NCBI RefSeq assembly: GCF_003231495.1
Contig: NZ_PQWO01000016.1
Span: forward strand, 70,219-102,218
Length of the DNA stretch: 32,000 bases
Reading direction: 5' to 3'
From: Acaryochloris thomasi RCC1774
Lineage (GTDB): Bacteria; Cyanobacteriota; Cyanobacteriia; Thermosynechococcales; Thermosynechococcaceae
The notes below the pieces were generated by a model, which was not told the origin of the DNA, did no database searches, and saw only the letters and a program-made list of their open reading frames with translations. Shown here piece by piece: positions 24,408 to 31,791 of this stretch; the first letter of the stretch is position 1, and each line of letters opens with the position of its first letter. The translations under genes were made by a program, and so were the position numbers.

Positions 24408-24640
24408 AAAACTGGTATTGCCCACACAGTCACATAAGGTTTTATGCCTGGTAAATTTAATATCTGATGCAGGCAGTTCATCGCGTAGGACTTTTCAATC
24501 TTGAGATTCCCAAACTTGGTTTTCTAAACATGGTGAACTCCAGGATAATATCCTCAGGGTCGGATTTATCCGGTTTTTGGCGAAAATATCTCTAATGCCG
24601 GAGTTATCAGCTGCCATCGGTCTAATTATAGTTAGACCTC
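24286..24640 (+). repeat. Copy B of the diverged ~350-bp direct repeat (gene-end relic plus hairpin leader)
   Basis: See copy A for the shared blocks. It contains two hairpin units at 24543..24571 and 24582..24609. The first, GGATAATATCC-tcagggtc-GGATTTATCC, is followed by GGTTTTTGG and so looks like a terminator. It has an extra 35-nt insertion after AAAACTGGTA and lacks the third hairpin unit of copy A. Confidence 0.8.
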
Positions 24641-24763
24641 TATGCTATCTGTGGAGAGCGCAGAGGTAAACGTTATATGAAATCAATGATTCAACAGGTA
24701 ATTATGGGTAGCCTAAGGCAGAAGGATTGAAATCTTGTATAGTCTAGACACCAAAGCAATAAC

Positions 24764-26308
24764 ATGTCGATTTCTCAACAACGATTACATAAGCTAGAGA
24801 TAATCAAGCTAAAGAATGTTAGAGACGTTTGTATTTCATTTGAAAACAAAAATATAACTGGCATTCTTGGTCCAAACGGTTATGGAAAGTCGACTATTCT
24901 TCATGCGCTTGCCTGTTGTTTCCAGCCACCAAATCAAGGACAAGAAGACTATAAATTCAGTGATTTTTTTCTGCCAAGCCCTGATGCATTATGGGCAGGT
25001 AGTGAACTAAGATTAGTTCATACTTATCGTCAATCCTCTCAACTGCACGAAGGTGTGGAGCAAGTCTACGGAAAGAGCAGCGATCGGTGGAAACCAATAT
25101 ATAAAAGAAGGCCAACAAGGAATGTACATTATTTTGGTGTGGACAGTTGTGTCCCACTCATCGAATCAGAAAAACGAAATGTAAAAATCAATTACTCAAC
25201 CGAGAACTTAAGTGAAGATATTATTACTACAATCTTAGAGAAAGCCTCGTATTGTCTTAATCGGAAATATACAGCTTATAATATTCATAAGCATGGCAAA
25301 GGGAGAAGGTTTATTGGCGTTGAAGCTAATGGAATTAGATACTCTGCACTAAGCATGAGTGCTGGAGAACAGAAAATGTTCTTGTTGCTATAAAAAGTTT
25401 TTAGAGCCTCTAAAAACAGTCTTATTCTTATAGATGAATTTGACCTGCTTTTGCATGATTCAGCAATGAAAAACCTTATAAAGATTATATCTGAAAGAGC
25501 AGCACGTTATAATCTGCAAGTTGTATTTACAACGCATAGAGAATCAATTATTGAGCTGTCGGATTTAATTAATATAAGACATATTTTTGGAACGTCAGAA
25601 AAAACTCTTTGCTTTGATGAGACAAAACCCGATGCGATAAATCGTTTAACAGGGACTCAACCTAGATTGATTGAGATTTTCGTTGAAGATGATCTGGCTA
25701 TGGCGATTACAAAAAAGGTGGCAGGTCAACTGCGTATTTCCAAGCATGTTTCTGTACAAAGGTTCGGTGCTGCTATAAATTGTTTTACAGTTCTATCTGG
25801 ATTACGTCTACGTGGTGAAAATTGCGACAATAGTATTTTTGTGTTGGATGGAGATGTCTATAGAACTCAAGAAGAACAAAAAATACGGATAGAGGCTGTT
25901 TTAACTGGAAATGATGAACGGTCAAAATTACTTCGAGAATCTAGTCTTGCGAAAATAAAATGCTTAAACCTTCCAGAAAACACCGAGCCTGAAAAATATA
26001 TTCATAGTATTATTACCGGGCTAGAAGAGACTGACGATAACGAACATAATGAAATAATTGAAGTTGCTAAGCAAATTGCGGCTGTTGATGACAGTCATAA
26101 GTTTGTAGATGATATAATACGCAGGCTTGACTGGAATCGAGATGTCGGATTATCAAAAATAATCGATCTGATTAGCTCTACTCAAGAATGGGCTAATTAT
26201 GTTTCTAGCGTAAATGATTGGTTGATTTCAAAAAGAGAATTGGTGCAAGAGACTACTTCCCAAGAAGTCTCTTGCATTGCGTCGCAGCGAATGGAAGGGA
26301 GATCTTGA
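24764..26308 (+). pseudogene. ABC/OLD-like ATPase fused to a TOPRIM/DUF4435-like domain, interrupted by one in-frame TAA (25391..25393)
   Basis: - Track ORFs 24764..25393 and 25451..26308 are in the same frame ((25451-24764)=687).
- The 57 nt between them contain no further stop and encode the Walker B region: ...SAGEQKMFLLL*KVFRASKNSLILIDEFDLLLH.
- Other ATPase motifs are Walker A GPNGYGKST and the H-loop VVFTTHRES.
- The C-terminal half has the TOPRIM-like acidic motifs IEIFVEDDLAMAI and IFVLDGDVY.
- The segment is AT-rich and I saw no HIP1. Confidence 0.7.
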
Positions 26309-26411
26309 TGTTGAGTTTGGTCTATCTGCCGCCGCTGAACTCAGCCGTTAGACGTAAGTTCTCCCAAGTTCAAATATCCTAAACTCATCAAGGCTAGTTG
26401 CTTGCCCTGCC

Positions 26412-26427
26412 GTATCCCACAGGATAC
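26412..26427. promoter_or_regulatory. Candidate HigA operator palindrome
   Basis: GTATCC-CACA-GGATAC is a perfect 6-bp inverted repeat ending 10 nt upstream of the higB ATG (26437). Confidence 0.3.
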
Positions 26428-26436
26428 GATTAGGCT

Positions 26437-26727
26437 ATGCTTGAAATCCGCGAAACCCAAGTTTATGCTTGTTGGTTCAGCAGCTTACGAGATAGGCGGG
26501 CCAAAGCACGCATCGATACTCGAATTCGTCGCTTATCTCTGGGAAATCCAGGTGATGTTAAGCCAGTTGGAGCAGGTGTCTCTGAACTTCGTATTGACTA
26601 TGGGCCAGGTTACAGAATTTATTTCATTCAGCGCGGATCAGCCGTGATTGTCTTGCTTGCCGGTGGAGACAAACGGACCCAAACCCAAGACATCAAACAA
26701 GCGCTTGAATTAGCTGAAGATTTATAG
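26437..26727 (+). CDS. higB: Type II toxin, RelE/ParE superfamily (HigB-type 'addiction module killer protein')
   Basis: 96 aa. FSSLRDRRAKARIDTRIRRLSLGNPGDVKPVGAGVSELRIDYGPGYRIYFIQRGSAVIVLLAGGDKRTQTQDIKQA is the typical pattern of this toxin family. The toxin gene comes first, followed by the antitoxin 10 nt later. Confidence 0.85.
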   Translation: MLEIRETQVYACWFSSLRDRRAKARIDTRIRRLSLGNPGDVKPVGAGVSELRIDYGPGYRIYFIQRGSAVIVLLAGGDKRTQTQDIKQALELAEDL

Positions 26728-26736
26728 GAGGATGAC

Positions 26737-27042
26737 GTGCCTAAAACTAAAACTCAGCCTTGGGACGCAGCAAATCACTTAGAAACTAAAGAGGACATAG
26801 CAGCATATCTCGAAGCGGCGCTTGAAGATGGAGATCCTGCCTTGATTACTGCCGCCCTTGGAGATGTTGCTCGTTCTAAAGGAATGACACAGATCTCGCG
26901 TGATACTGGCCTTGGTCGTGAAAGTCTCTATAAAGCGTTATCTGTCGAAGGTAATCCAGAATTTGCAACGATTCTCAAGGTTTTTCAAGCTTTAGGCCTT
27001 CAGTTACAGGTGAAGACAGTTGAAAGTGAAAGCTTTGTCTAA
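26737..27042 (+). CDS. higA: Type II antitoxin, HigA-family HTH 'addiction module antidote protein'
   Basis: 101 aa starting at GTG. WDAANHLETKEDIAAYLEAALEDGDPALITAALGDVARSKGMTQISRDTGLGRESLYKALSVEGNPEFATILKVFQALGLQL is the typical pattern. AGGAGG lies at 26727..26732. Confidence 0.85.
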   Translation: MPKTKTQPWDAANHLETKEDIAAYLEAALEDGDPALITAALGDVARSKGMTQISRDTGLGRESLYKALSVEGNPEFATILKVFQALGLQLQVKTVESESFV

Positions 27043-27264
27043 CAACGCCATGCAAGCAACGCTCGATTCAAGCTATCAGTTGTATTTTTTCACACTTCTG
27101 CTTGCGCCCCTGAAGAATCACCGTTGAGATGAAGCGGTAGCCAGAAGCTGCCCCGTCAGGTTGGGTTGACGCAGGAAATTCAATACCGTAGGAATAATTG
27201 AAGCCTTGTGATCCAAGAAGCGAGGATCCGTGAAGCATAATCCATTCAATTCTCTTAGAAGTCG

Positions 27265-28296
27265 TTAGCGAAATCCTTGACCGCGTGAGCTTTGAGTCCA
27301 GAGCTGCCATTCTCCCTGTTGACCGCCCATTGCTAACGTCTGGCCGTCAGGACTCCAGGCCAGCGCCGACCCGCTGACACCCTTCAGTGCTTGTACCAGC
27401 TTATGCCCTCCTTTCCATAAACACAGGTAGCCATCGGCAGCAGTAGAGGCAAGCAGGGTTGTGCCCGGTTGAAATGCGATCGCATTCACCGTCTGCGTAT
27501 GCCCATCTAACAGCTCCGCCTCCCAGCCTTCTCCTTGTCGTTGCCAAGTGATTACACAATCGCCGCTGGCAGCGGACAGCAGCGGTATCGTCTCCGCCCA
27601 GGCCAGATGTCGTACTTTTCCCGGAAATCCCGTCATCCGCCAGGGCGTATCCTGATCCCAAGGCCACACTATCAAGGTGCGATCCAGATTCCCCGCAGCT
27701 AAATATTGCCCATCCGGTGACCAATCCACACAAACACTGGCAGCCGGAATCTCACGAATCGCCGGATCATCATCCCAGTCTTGCCAAATCTTCACCCCCT
27801 GGTGTCCTCCCACCGCTAGCCAATCCCGCTGAGGATGCCAAGCCAAATCCAACACCGAAGAGCTTTCAAAGGCCAGGGTTGTGAGTACGCTTTGGGTCTC
27901 AACCTCCCATACTTGAGCATAGCGCCCCAAGTTAAAGGCCAGCTCCAGCCGTCGCGGATGCCAGGTGAGCTGATCGACCCAAGTTCGGGGATTCTCTAGA
28001 GTGGTCAGCAATGCTGGGGACTCCTGGGTCATCTCCCAGACACACAGGCGACCCTCTTGACCGCCTGCTGCTAAAAAACGACCATCATGGGAGTAAGCCA
28101 AGGCATCGACCGATTGCCCCGTGCTGCTCTGTAGACAATAGGTTTGCTGTGTCCCCCGATGGAGACACTGAATCGCTCCTGACCCATCGCAGGCGGCGAC
28201 CTGCTGGCTGTCGGGGGACCAGGCAATCGCCGTTACATAGTCATCGAGAGTCCCACGCCATTTGAGATTGAGCTGGGGCTGCTTTAAGCGAGGCAA
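27265..28296 (-). CDS. WD40-repeat protein, translationally coupled to the upstream COG0523 gene
   Basis: 343 aa with repeated W-SPDG/HP and WD-type units: AIAWSPDSQQVAA, LAYSHDGRFLAAGG, LTWHPRRLE, LAWHPQRDWLAVGG, VDWSPDGQYLAAG, LAWSPDGQTLAMGG. Its start overlaps the COG0523 stop by 13 nt. Confidence 0.85.
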   Translation of the reverse strand: MPRLKQPQLNLKWRGTLDDYVTAIAWSPDSQQVAACDGSGAIQCLHRGTQQTYCLQSSTGQSVDALAYSHDGRFLAAGGQEGRLCVWEMTQESPALLTTLENPRTWVDQLTWHPRRLELAFNLGRYAQVWEVETQSVLTTLAFESSSVLDLAWHPQRDWLAVGGHQGVKIWQDWDDDPAIREIPAASVCVDWSPDGQYLAAGNLDRTLIVWPWDQDTPWRMTGFPGKVRHLAWAETIPLLSAASGDCVITWQRQGEGWEAELLDGHTQTVNAIAFQPGTTLLASTAADGYLCLWKGGHKLVQALKGVSGSALAWSPDGQTLAMGGQQGEWQLWTQSSRGQGFR

Positions 28297-29255
28297 GCTT
28301 GGAACTCCTTGCTTAACTGAGCTTCATCAAGGTTGCGACCAATGAACACCAGCTCATTTTTGCGGGTCTCGTTGGCCTTCCAGGGGCGATCGGCGCGGCC
28401 ATCAAAGAGCATATGGACACCTTGAAAGACAAACCGCTCGTCTTCTCCGGCAATGTTCAAAATGCCCTTCATCCGAAAGATATCTGGCCCTTGGGTCTGC
28501 AGCAGATTACCTAGCCAGCCATTCAGGCGCTCTCCATCAATCTCTCCTGATTCAGTCAGGGCCACGGAACCCACTGTTTGATCATGCTCGTGGGCATCTT
28601 CACCCAAAAATTCAGGATCAATCTCTAGGGCACGACTGAGGTCAAAAGCGCTTACCCCCAGGATGGACTCCATCTCGACGGCGGCATCCTCGGTTCGATA
28701 AATCTTTGCGATCGCATTCATTACCCGAATCCTGCTTTCTAGATCAGCCAAGTCTGTCTCGCTGACCAGATCGGTTTTATTGAGCAGAATTACATCGGCA
28801 AAGGCGATCTGCTCCTGGGCCTCATCTGCCTCCCAGTGCTGATGAATATGCTTGGCATCCACCACCGTCACCACCGCATCGAGACTGAGCTGCGTCTGCA
28901 TGTCTTCATCGACAAAGAAGGTCTGAATCACCGGAGCCGGATCAGCCAACCCAGTCGTCTCAATCACCATATGGTCAAACTGATCTCGACGCCGCATCAG
29001 GTTGCCAATAATGCGAATCAGATCCCCCCGCACAGTGCAGCAAATGCATCCATTATTCATTTCAAAGATTTCTTCATCGGCATCAATCACCAGTTGATTA
29101 TCAATGCCCACCTCACCAAACTCATTGACGATCACCGCCACCTTCTTGCCATGCTCATGGGTGAGGATGCGGTTGAGCAGTGTGGTCTTCCCGGCTCCGA
29201 GATAGCCTGTCAGCACCGTTACAGGAATGGTCTCTAATGTTGCAGCATTAACCAT
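28284..29255 (-). CDS. COG0523-family (CobW/ZigA/YeiR-like) metal-chaperone GTPase
   Basis: 323 aa. The motifs are P-loop GYLGAGKTTLLN, the metal-binding CxCC motif NGCICCTVRGDL, ETTGLADP and NKTDL, plus a CobW_C-like C-terminus (IFRMKGIL...FVFQGVHMLF). A Zur-type palindrome lies 24 to 54 nt upstream. Confidence 0.9.
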   Translation of the reverse strand: MVNAATLETIPVTVLTGYLGAGKTTLLNRILTHEHGKKVAVIVNEFGEVGIDNQLVIDADEEIFEMNNGCICCTVRGDLIRIIGNLMRRRDQFDHMVIETTGLADPAPVIQTFFVDEDMQTQLSLDAVVTVVDAKHIHQHWEADEAQEQIAFADVILLNKTDLVSETDLADLESRIRVMNAIAKIYRTEDAAVEMESILGVSAFDLSRALEIDPEFLGEDAHEHDQTVGSVALTESGEIDGERLNGWLGNLLQTQGPDIFRMKGILNIAGEDERFVFQGVHMLFDGRADRPWKANETRKNELVFIGRNLDEAQLSKEFQACLA

Positions 29256-29278
29256 GCAGTTACCCTATCAAGTTGTCC

Positions 29279-29309
29279 CTATAGAATGATAATCGTTATC
29301 ATTCTATAG
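29279..29309. promoter_or_regulatory. Zur/Fur-type operator: perfect 14-3-14 palindrome upstream of the COG0523 gene
   Basis: CTATAGAATGATAA-TCG-TTATCATTCTATAG has perfectly complementary arms. The core TGATAATcGTTATCA matches the 7-1-7 Zur-type box and is identical to the core at 18980..19008. Confidence 0.8.
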
Positions 29310-29397
29310 GTCTAAAGAGTTAGAGTCCAGGTATTTTGACGATAACTTTCAGGCCAGCTTGGTCCAGTAATAGTGCAGGGGTTCAATTGCCCTATTC

Positions 29398-29793
29398 TCA
29401 GGTTGCAGCATTAACCTGAGTACAGTTCTGGCACAGGCCAAAAAATTCCAGCGTATGATAAAAAACTTGAAACTGTTGGGTTTGGGCGAGCTGTTGCTCT
29501 AGGTCGTGTACAGGGCATTCCTGTAAAGGCAAAGAACGACCACAGTTAACGCAGGTAAAATGATGCCGGTGCGCAGAGGCAATGCTGTAGATGTATTCAC
29601 CATTAGCGAGAGGCCGCGCCTGGACTTTGCCGATAAGCTGCAGAGCTTTAAGGGCACGGTATACCGTTGCTAAGCCGACCTGTTGCTGCTGTTGTTTCAA
29701 GGCTTGATGCAAAGACTGGGCAGACAGCTCTTCTGCAGAGGAAAACAAGACTTCCAGAATTCGCCGTTGATTGGCAGTTAGTTTTTCTTTCAT
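29398..29793 (-). CDS. zur: Fur-family transcriptional regulator, most likely Zur
   Basis: 131 aa. A winged-helix N-terminus (LTANQRRILEVL...GLATVYRALKAL) is followed by the metal sites HRHHFTCVNCG and GLCQNC. It lies immediately upstream of the palindrome-controlled COG0523 operon. The Zur versus other Fur paralog call rests on context. Confidence 0.65.
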   Translation of the reverse strand: MKEKLTANQRRILEVLFSSAEELSAQSLHQALKQQQQQVGLATVYRALKALQLIGKVQARPLANGEYIYSIASAHRHHFTCVNCGRSLPLQECPVHDLEQQLAQTQQFQVFYHTLEFFGLCQNCTQVNAAT

Positions 29794-30006
29794 TCTTTAT
29801 GCTTCCTGCGGTTCCCTGAGAGCAGTGGATGTTGGCGACAAAGTCATGATAGCGATCTGTGGGATAGGTTGCGATCGCATCAACAGCTCAAATCAATGCG
29901 ATCAATAATTCCTCCGAGGTGATTAAAGTGCAGCAGCTCAGAGTCAGAGAACCCTGCCTTTTGACCTTCCGCTAGACTAGGATTAATCTTTCCACCCCAT
30001 TGTCCT

Positions 30007-30822
30007 ATGGCTCCTGTCGATGCCATCACCTCTACCTCTAACCCTGAAGTCTTACCGACTCCAGTAGAGGCAACACGTCCTGAAGATTACAGCGCCCCTC
30101 CCACAGATCTTTACAGCGACGAACCGTCCTTGGAAACCGACTTTCACCGCGACCAAGTTGACTTGCTGATTCGTCTGTTGAAATACTGGTGGCAAGAGCG
30201 CAATGACTTTTATATCTCTGGAAATCTCACCGTCTACTACAGCGCCAGTCAAACCAAAAAGCGAGATTTTCGTGGACCCGATGTATTTGTGGTGCTGGGG
30301 GCTGAAAAGAAAAACCGTCGCAGTTGGACCATTTGGGAAGAAGGGGGTCAATACCCCAACCTAGTGATCGAGCTACTATCAGATTCCACTGCTGCCGTAG
30401 ATAAGGGCACCAAGAAAGATTTATATGAAAAAATCTGGCGCTTGCCAGAGTATTACTGCTTCCATCCTGAGACGTTGGAATTTACTGGGTTTCGGTTAAT
30501 GAATGGCGAATATGAAGCCATTTAAGCTGACGATAGTGGCAGGCTAGAGAGTCAGCAATTGGGTCTAGCTTTAGGAATTCACGAACGACAACTGCGCTGG
30601 TTTACCGCAATAGGTGAACTGATTCCGTTACCTGAAGAGATTGAACGACAGCAGAAAGAGCAAGAGCGACAGCAGAAAGAGCAGGCCGAACAACGAGAGC
30701 AGCAAGAACGTCAAGCTAAGGCGCAGGCCGAACAGAGAGAACAGCAGGAACGCCAAGCTCGACAACGCCTAGAGGCATATCTTAGATCGCAGGGCATTGA
30801 CCCAGAGCATTTACCAGAATAG
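30007..30822 (+). pseudogene. Uma2-family (DUF820) putative endonuclease with Glu/Arg/Gln-rich coiled-coil tail, interrupted by one in-frame TAA (30523..30525)
   Basis: - Track ORFs 30007..30525 and 30559..30822 share a frame ((30559-30007)=552).
- There is no other stop between them: ...NGEYEAI*ADDSGRLESQQLGLALGIHERQLRWF...
- The Uma2 pattern is present: DEPSLETDFHRDQVDLLIRLL, GNLTVYY, PDVFVVLG, PNLVIELLSDST and DKGTKKDLYEKIWRLPEYYCF.
- The tail has tandem coding repeats (ERQQKEQ x2, AEQREQQERQA x2). Confidence 0.7.
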
Positions 30823-31068
30823 GGGTATTGCACGCTGCACAGCAGACCCTCTTTTTATCGCGGGATTGTTTGCCGCAGCTTGGCCCAATCCATTATTTCG
30901 TCACTTCAATGACAAGAGACGACCAGTTGCCAAGGAGCCTCTATAACTCAACTTTCAGAGCCGTCATCGGTCTTACTCTTGTAGGGCATTTGGCAAAGTG
31001 TTGGATGTCTGCGTTGAGATTGCCTCTACGCAAAAAGGCAATTGAGTTGAATATACTGCCGCTAGGAT

Positions 31069-31506
31069 CTAGGAGAGCCAACCCCAGTGATGGCTGCTCT
31101 GGGAATTGAGTAAGGTACGCGAGGCTTGCTGGTTAGACGGCTCTTCTTCAGTCTCTTGAAGAATCTGCAGTAGCTCTGCAGAGTTAGGTGCAGCTAAGAC
31201 CTGATCGGTGAGGGATGTCATATGCTGGCCCACAATATCGTAAACCAGCTGCATATCGTTGACGCCCACCAGTTGGGTTTGCATCGCGCCAAAGCCTGTA
31301 CGTAGAATCTGAGCGTTGGGTGTGGCCGGGAGCCGCTTCAAAAAAGAGGCGAGGGAGTCCCGTACCTCGGCCGGGGTCAATTCTTTCTGGATCTGAGTGG
31401 GGGTTGCAGCGGGTTGACTGAGGGCAGGTAGATTTGCCGGTTGTGGGGCTTCATTGACGGGTGAAACCAGAGTCATCACCGACAGGGCATAACATCCAAC
31501 ACACAT
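31069..31506 (-). CDS. Hypothetical protein
   Basis: A 145-aa minus-strand ORF with a Pro/Ala/Gln-rich N-terminal region. I recognise no motif, and the start is uncertain (alternative Met at aa 11). Confidence 0.35.
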   Translation of the reverse strand: MCVGCYALSVMTLVSPVNEAPQPANLPALSQPAATPTQIQKELTPAEVRDSLASFLKRLPATPNAQILRTGFGAMQTQLVGVNDMQLVYDIVGQHMTSLTDQVLAAPNSAELLQILQETEEEPSNQQASRTLLNSQSSHHWGWLS

Positions 31507-31733
31507 AGAAAGACTCTCCTACATTGCTTAATAGATAAACTGAGGCTGACAGTATCAATGCCTGCAATCAAGTTGTTTGATCCAGAACCATTTGTACAGT
31601 TGACTGAGCAGACAGCTTCTCTGTTCCATCACTCTTGATTTTGCAGTTGCACTGACGGGTCTTTAGGCTCGTTTATCTAAGACTCACGTAGCATAGCGTT
31701 CTCGCTAAAGGGTCGCAACCATAAACGGCGATC

Positions 31734-31760
31734 AAAAAATGCCCTCAGGGAGAGGGCATT
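31734..31760 (-). terminator. Rho-independent terminator of the porin gene
   Basis: On the minus strand, AATGCCCTC-TCCCT-GAGGGCATT is followed by TTTTTT. It begins ~30 nt after the porin stop codon. Confidence 0.75.
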
Positions 31761-31791
31761 AGCAATGATGGGGGATTTCAATGGGAATCTG

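Noticed and set aside
24184-24454. Track ORFs 24184..24402 (minus) and 24236..24454 (plus) between bufA and the second cassette.
   Set aside because: They overlap each other on opposite strands, sit on the decayed copy of the flavoprotein 3' end, and have Gly/Trp/Arg-rich off-frame compositions. I treat the region as a gene relic.
20339-24609. Interpreting the hairpin units as integron attC sites, with the two cassettes as integron gene cassettes (CALIN).
   Set aside because: - The arms (GATAAT / GTTATC) do not fit the R'' RYYYAAC / R' GTTRRRY cores.
- The units are much shorter than attC sites.
- They lie upstream rather than downstream of the cargo ORFs.
- No intI gene is in the window.
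27068-27310. An 80-aa minus-strand ORF between higA and the WD40 gene.
   Set aside because: It overlaps the 3' end of the WD40 CDS and has no start context or recognisable motif. It may be a fragment at the cassette border, but I cannot support a call.
30640-30770. Tandem 21-nt and 42-nt repeats that might be taken for a CRISPR-like or VNTR array.
   Set aside because: They are in frame within the Uma2 C-terminal tail and encode the ERQQKEQ / AEQREQQERQA coiled-coil repeats. There are no unique spacers.
30828-31109. A 93-aa + strand ORF downstream of the Uma2 gene.
   Set aside because: It has no motif, an unusual composition, and overlaps the end of the convergent minus-strand ORF. It is probably non-coding.
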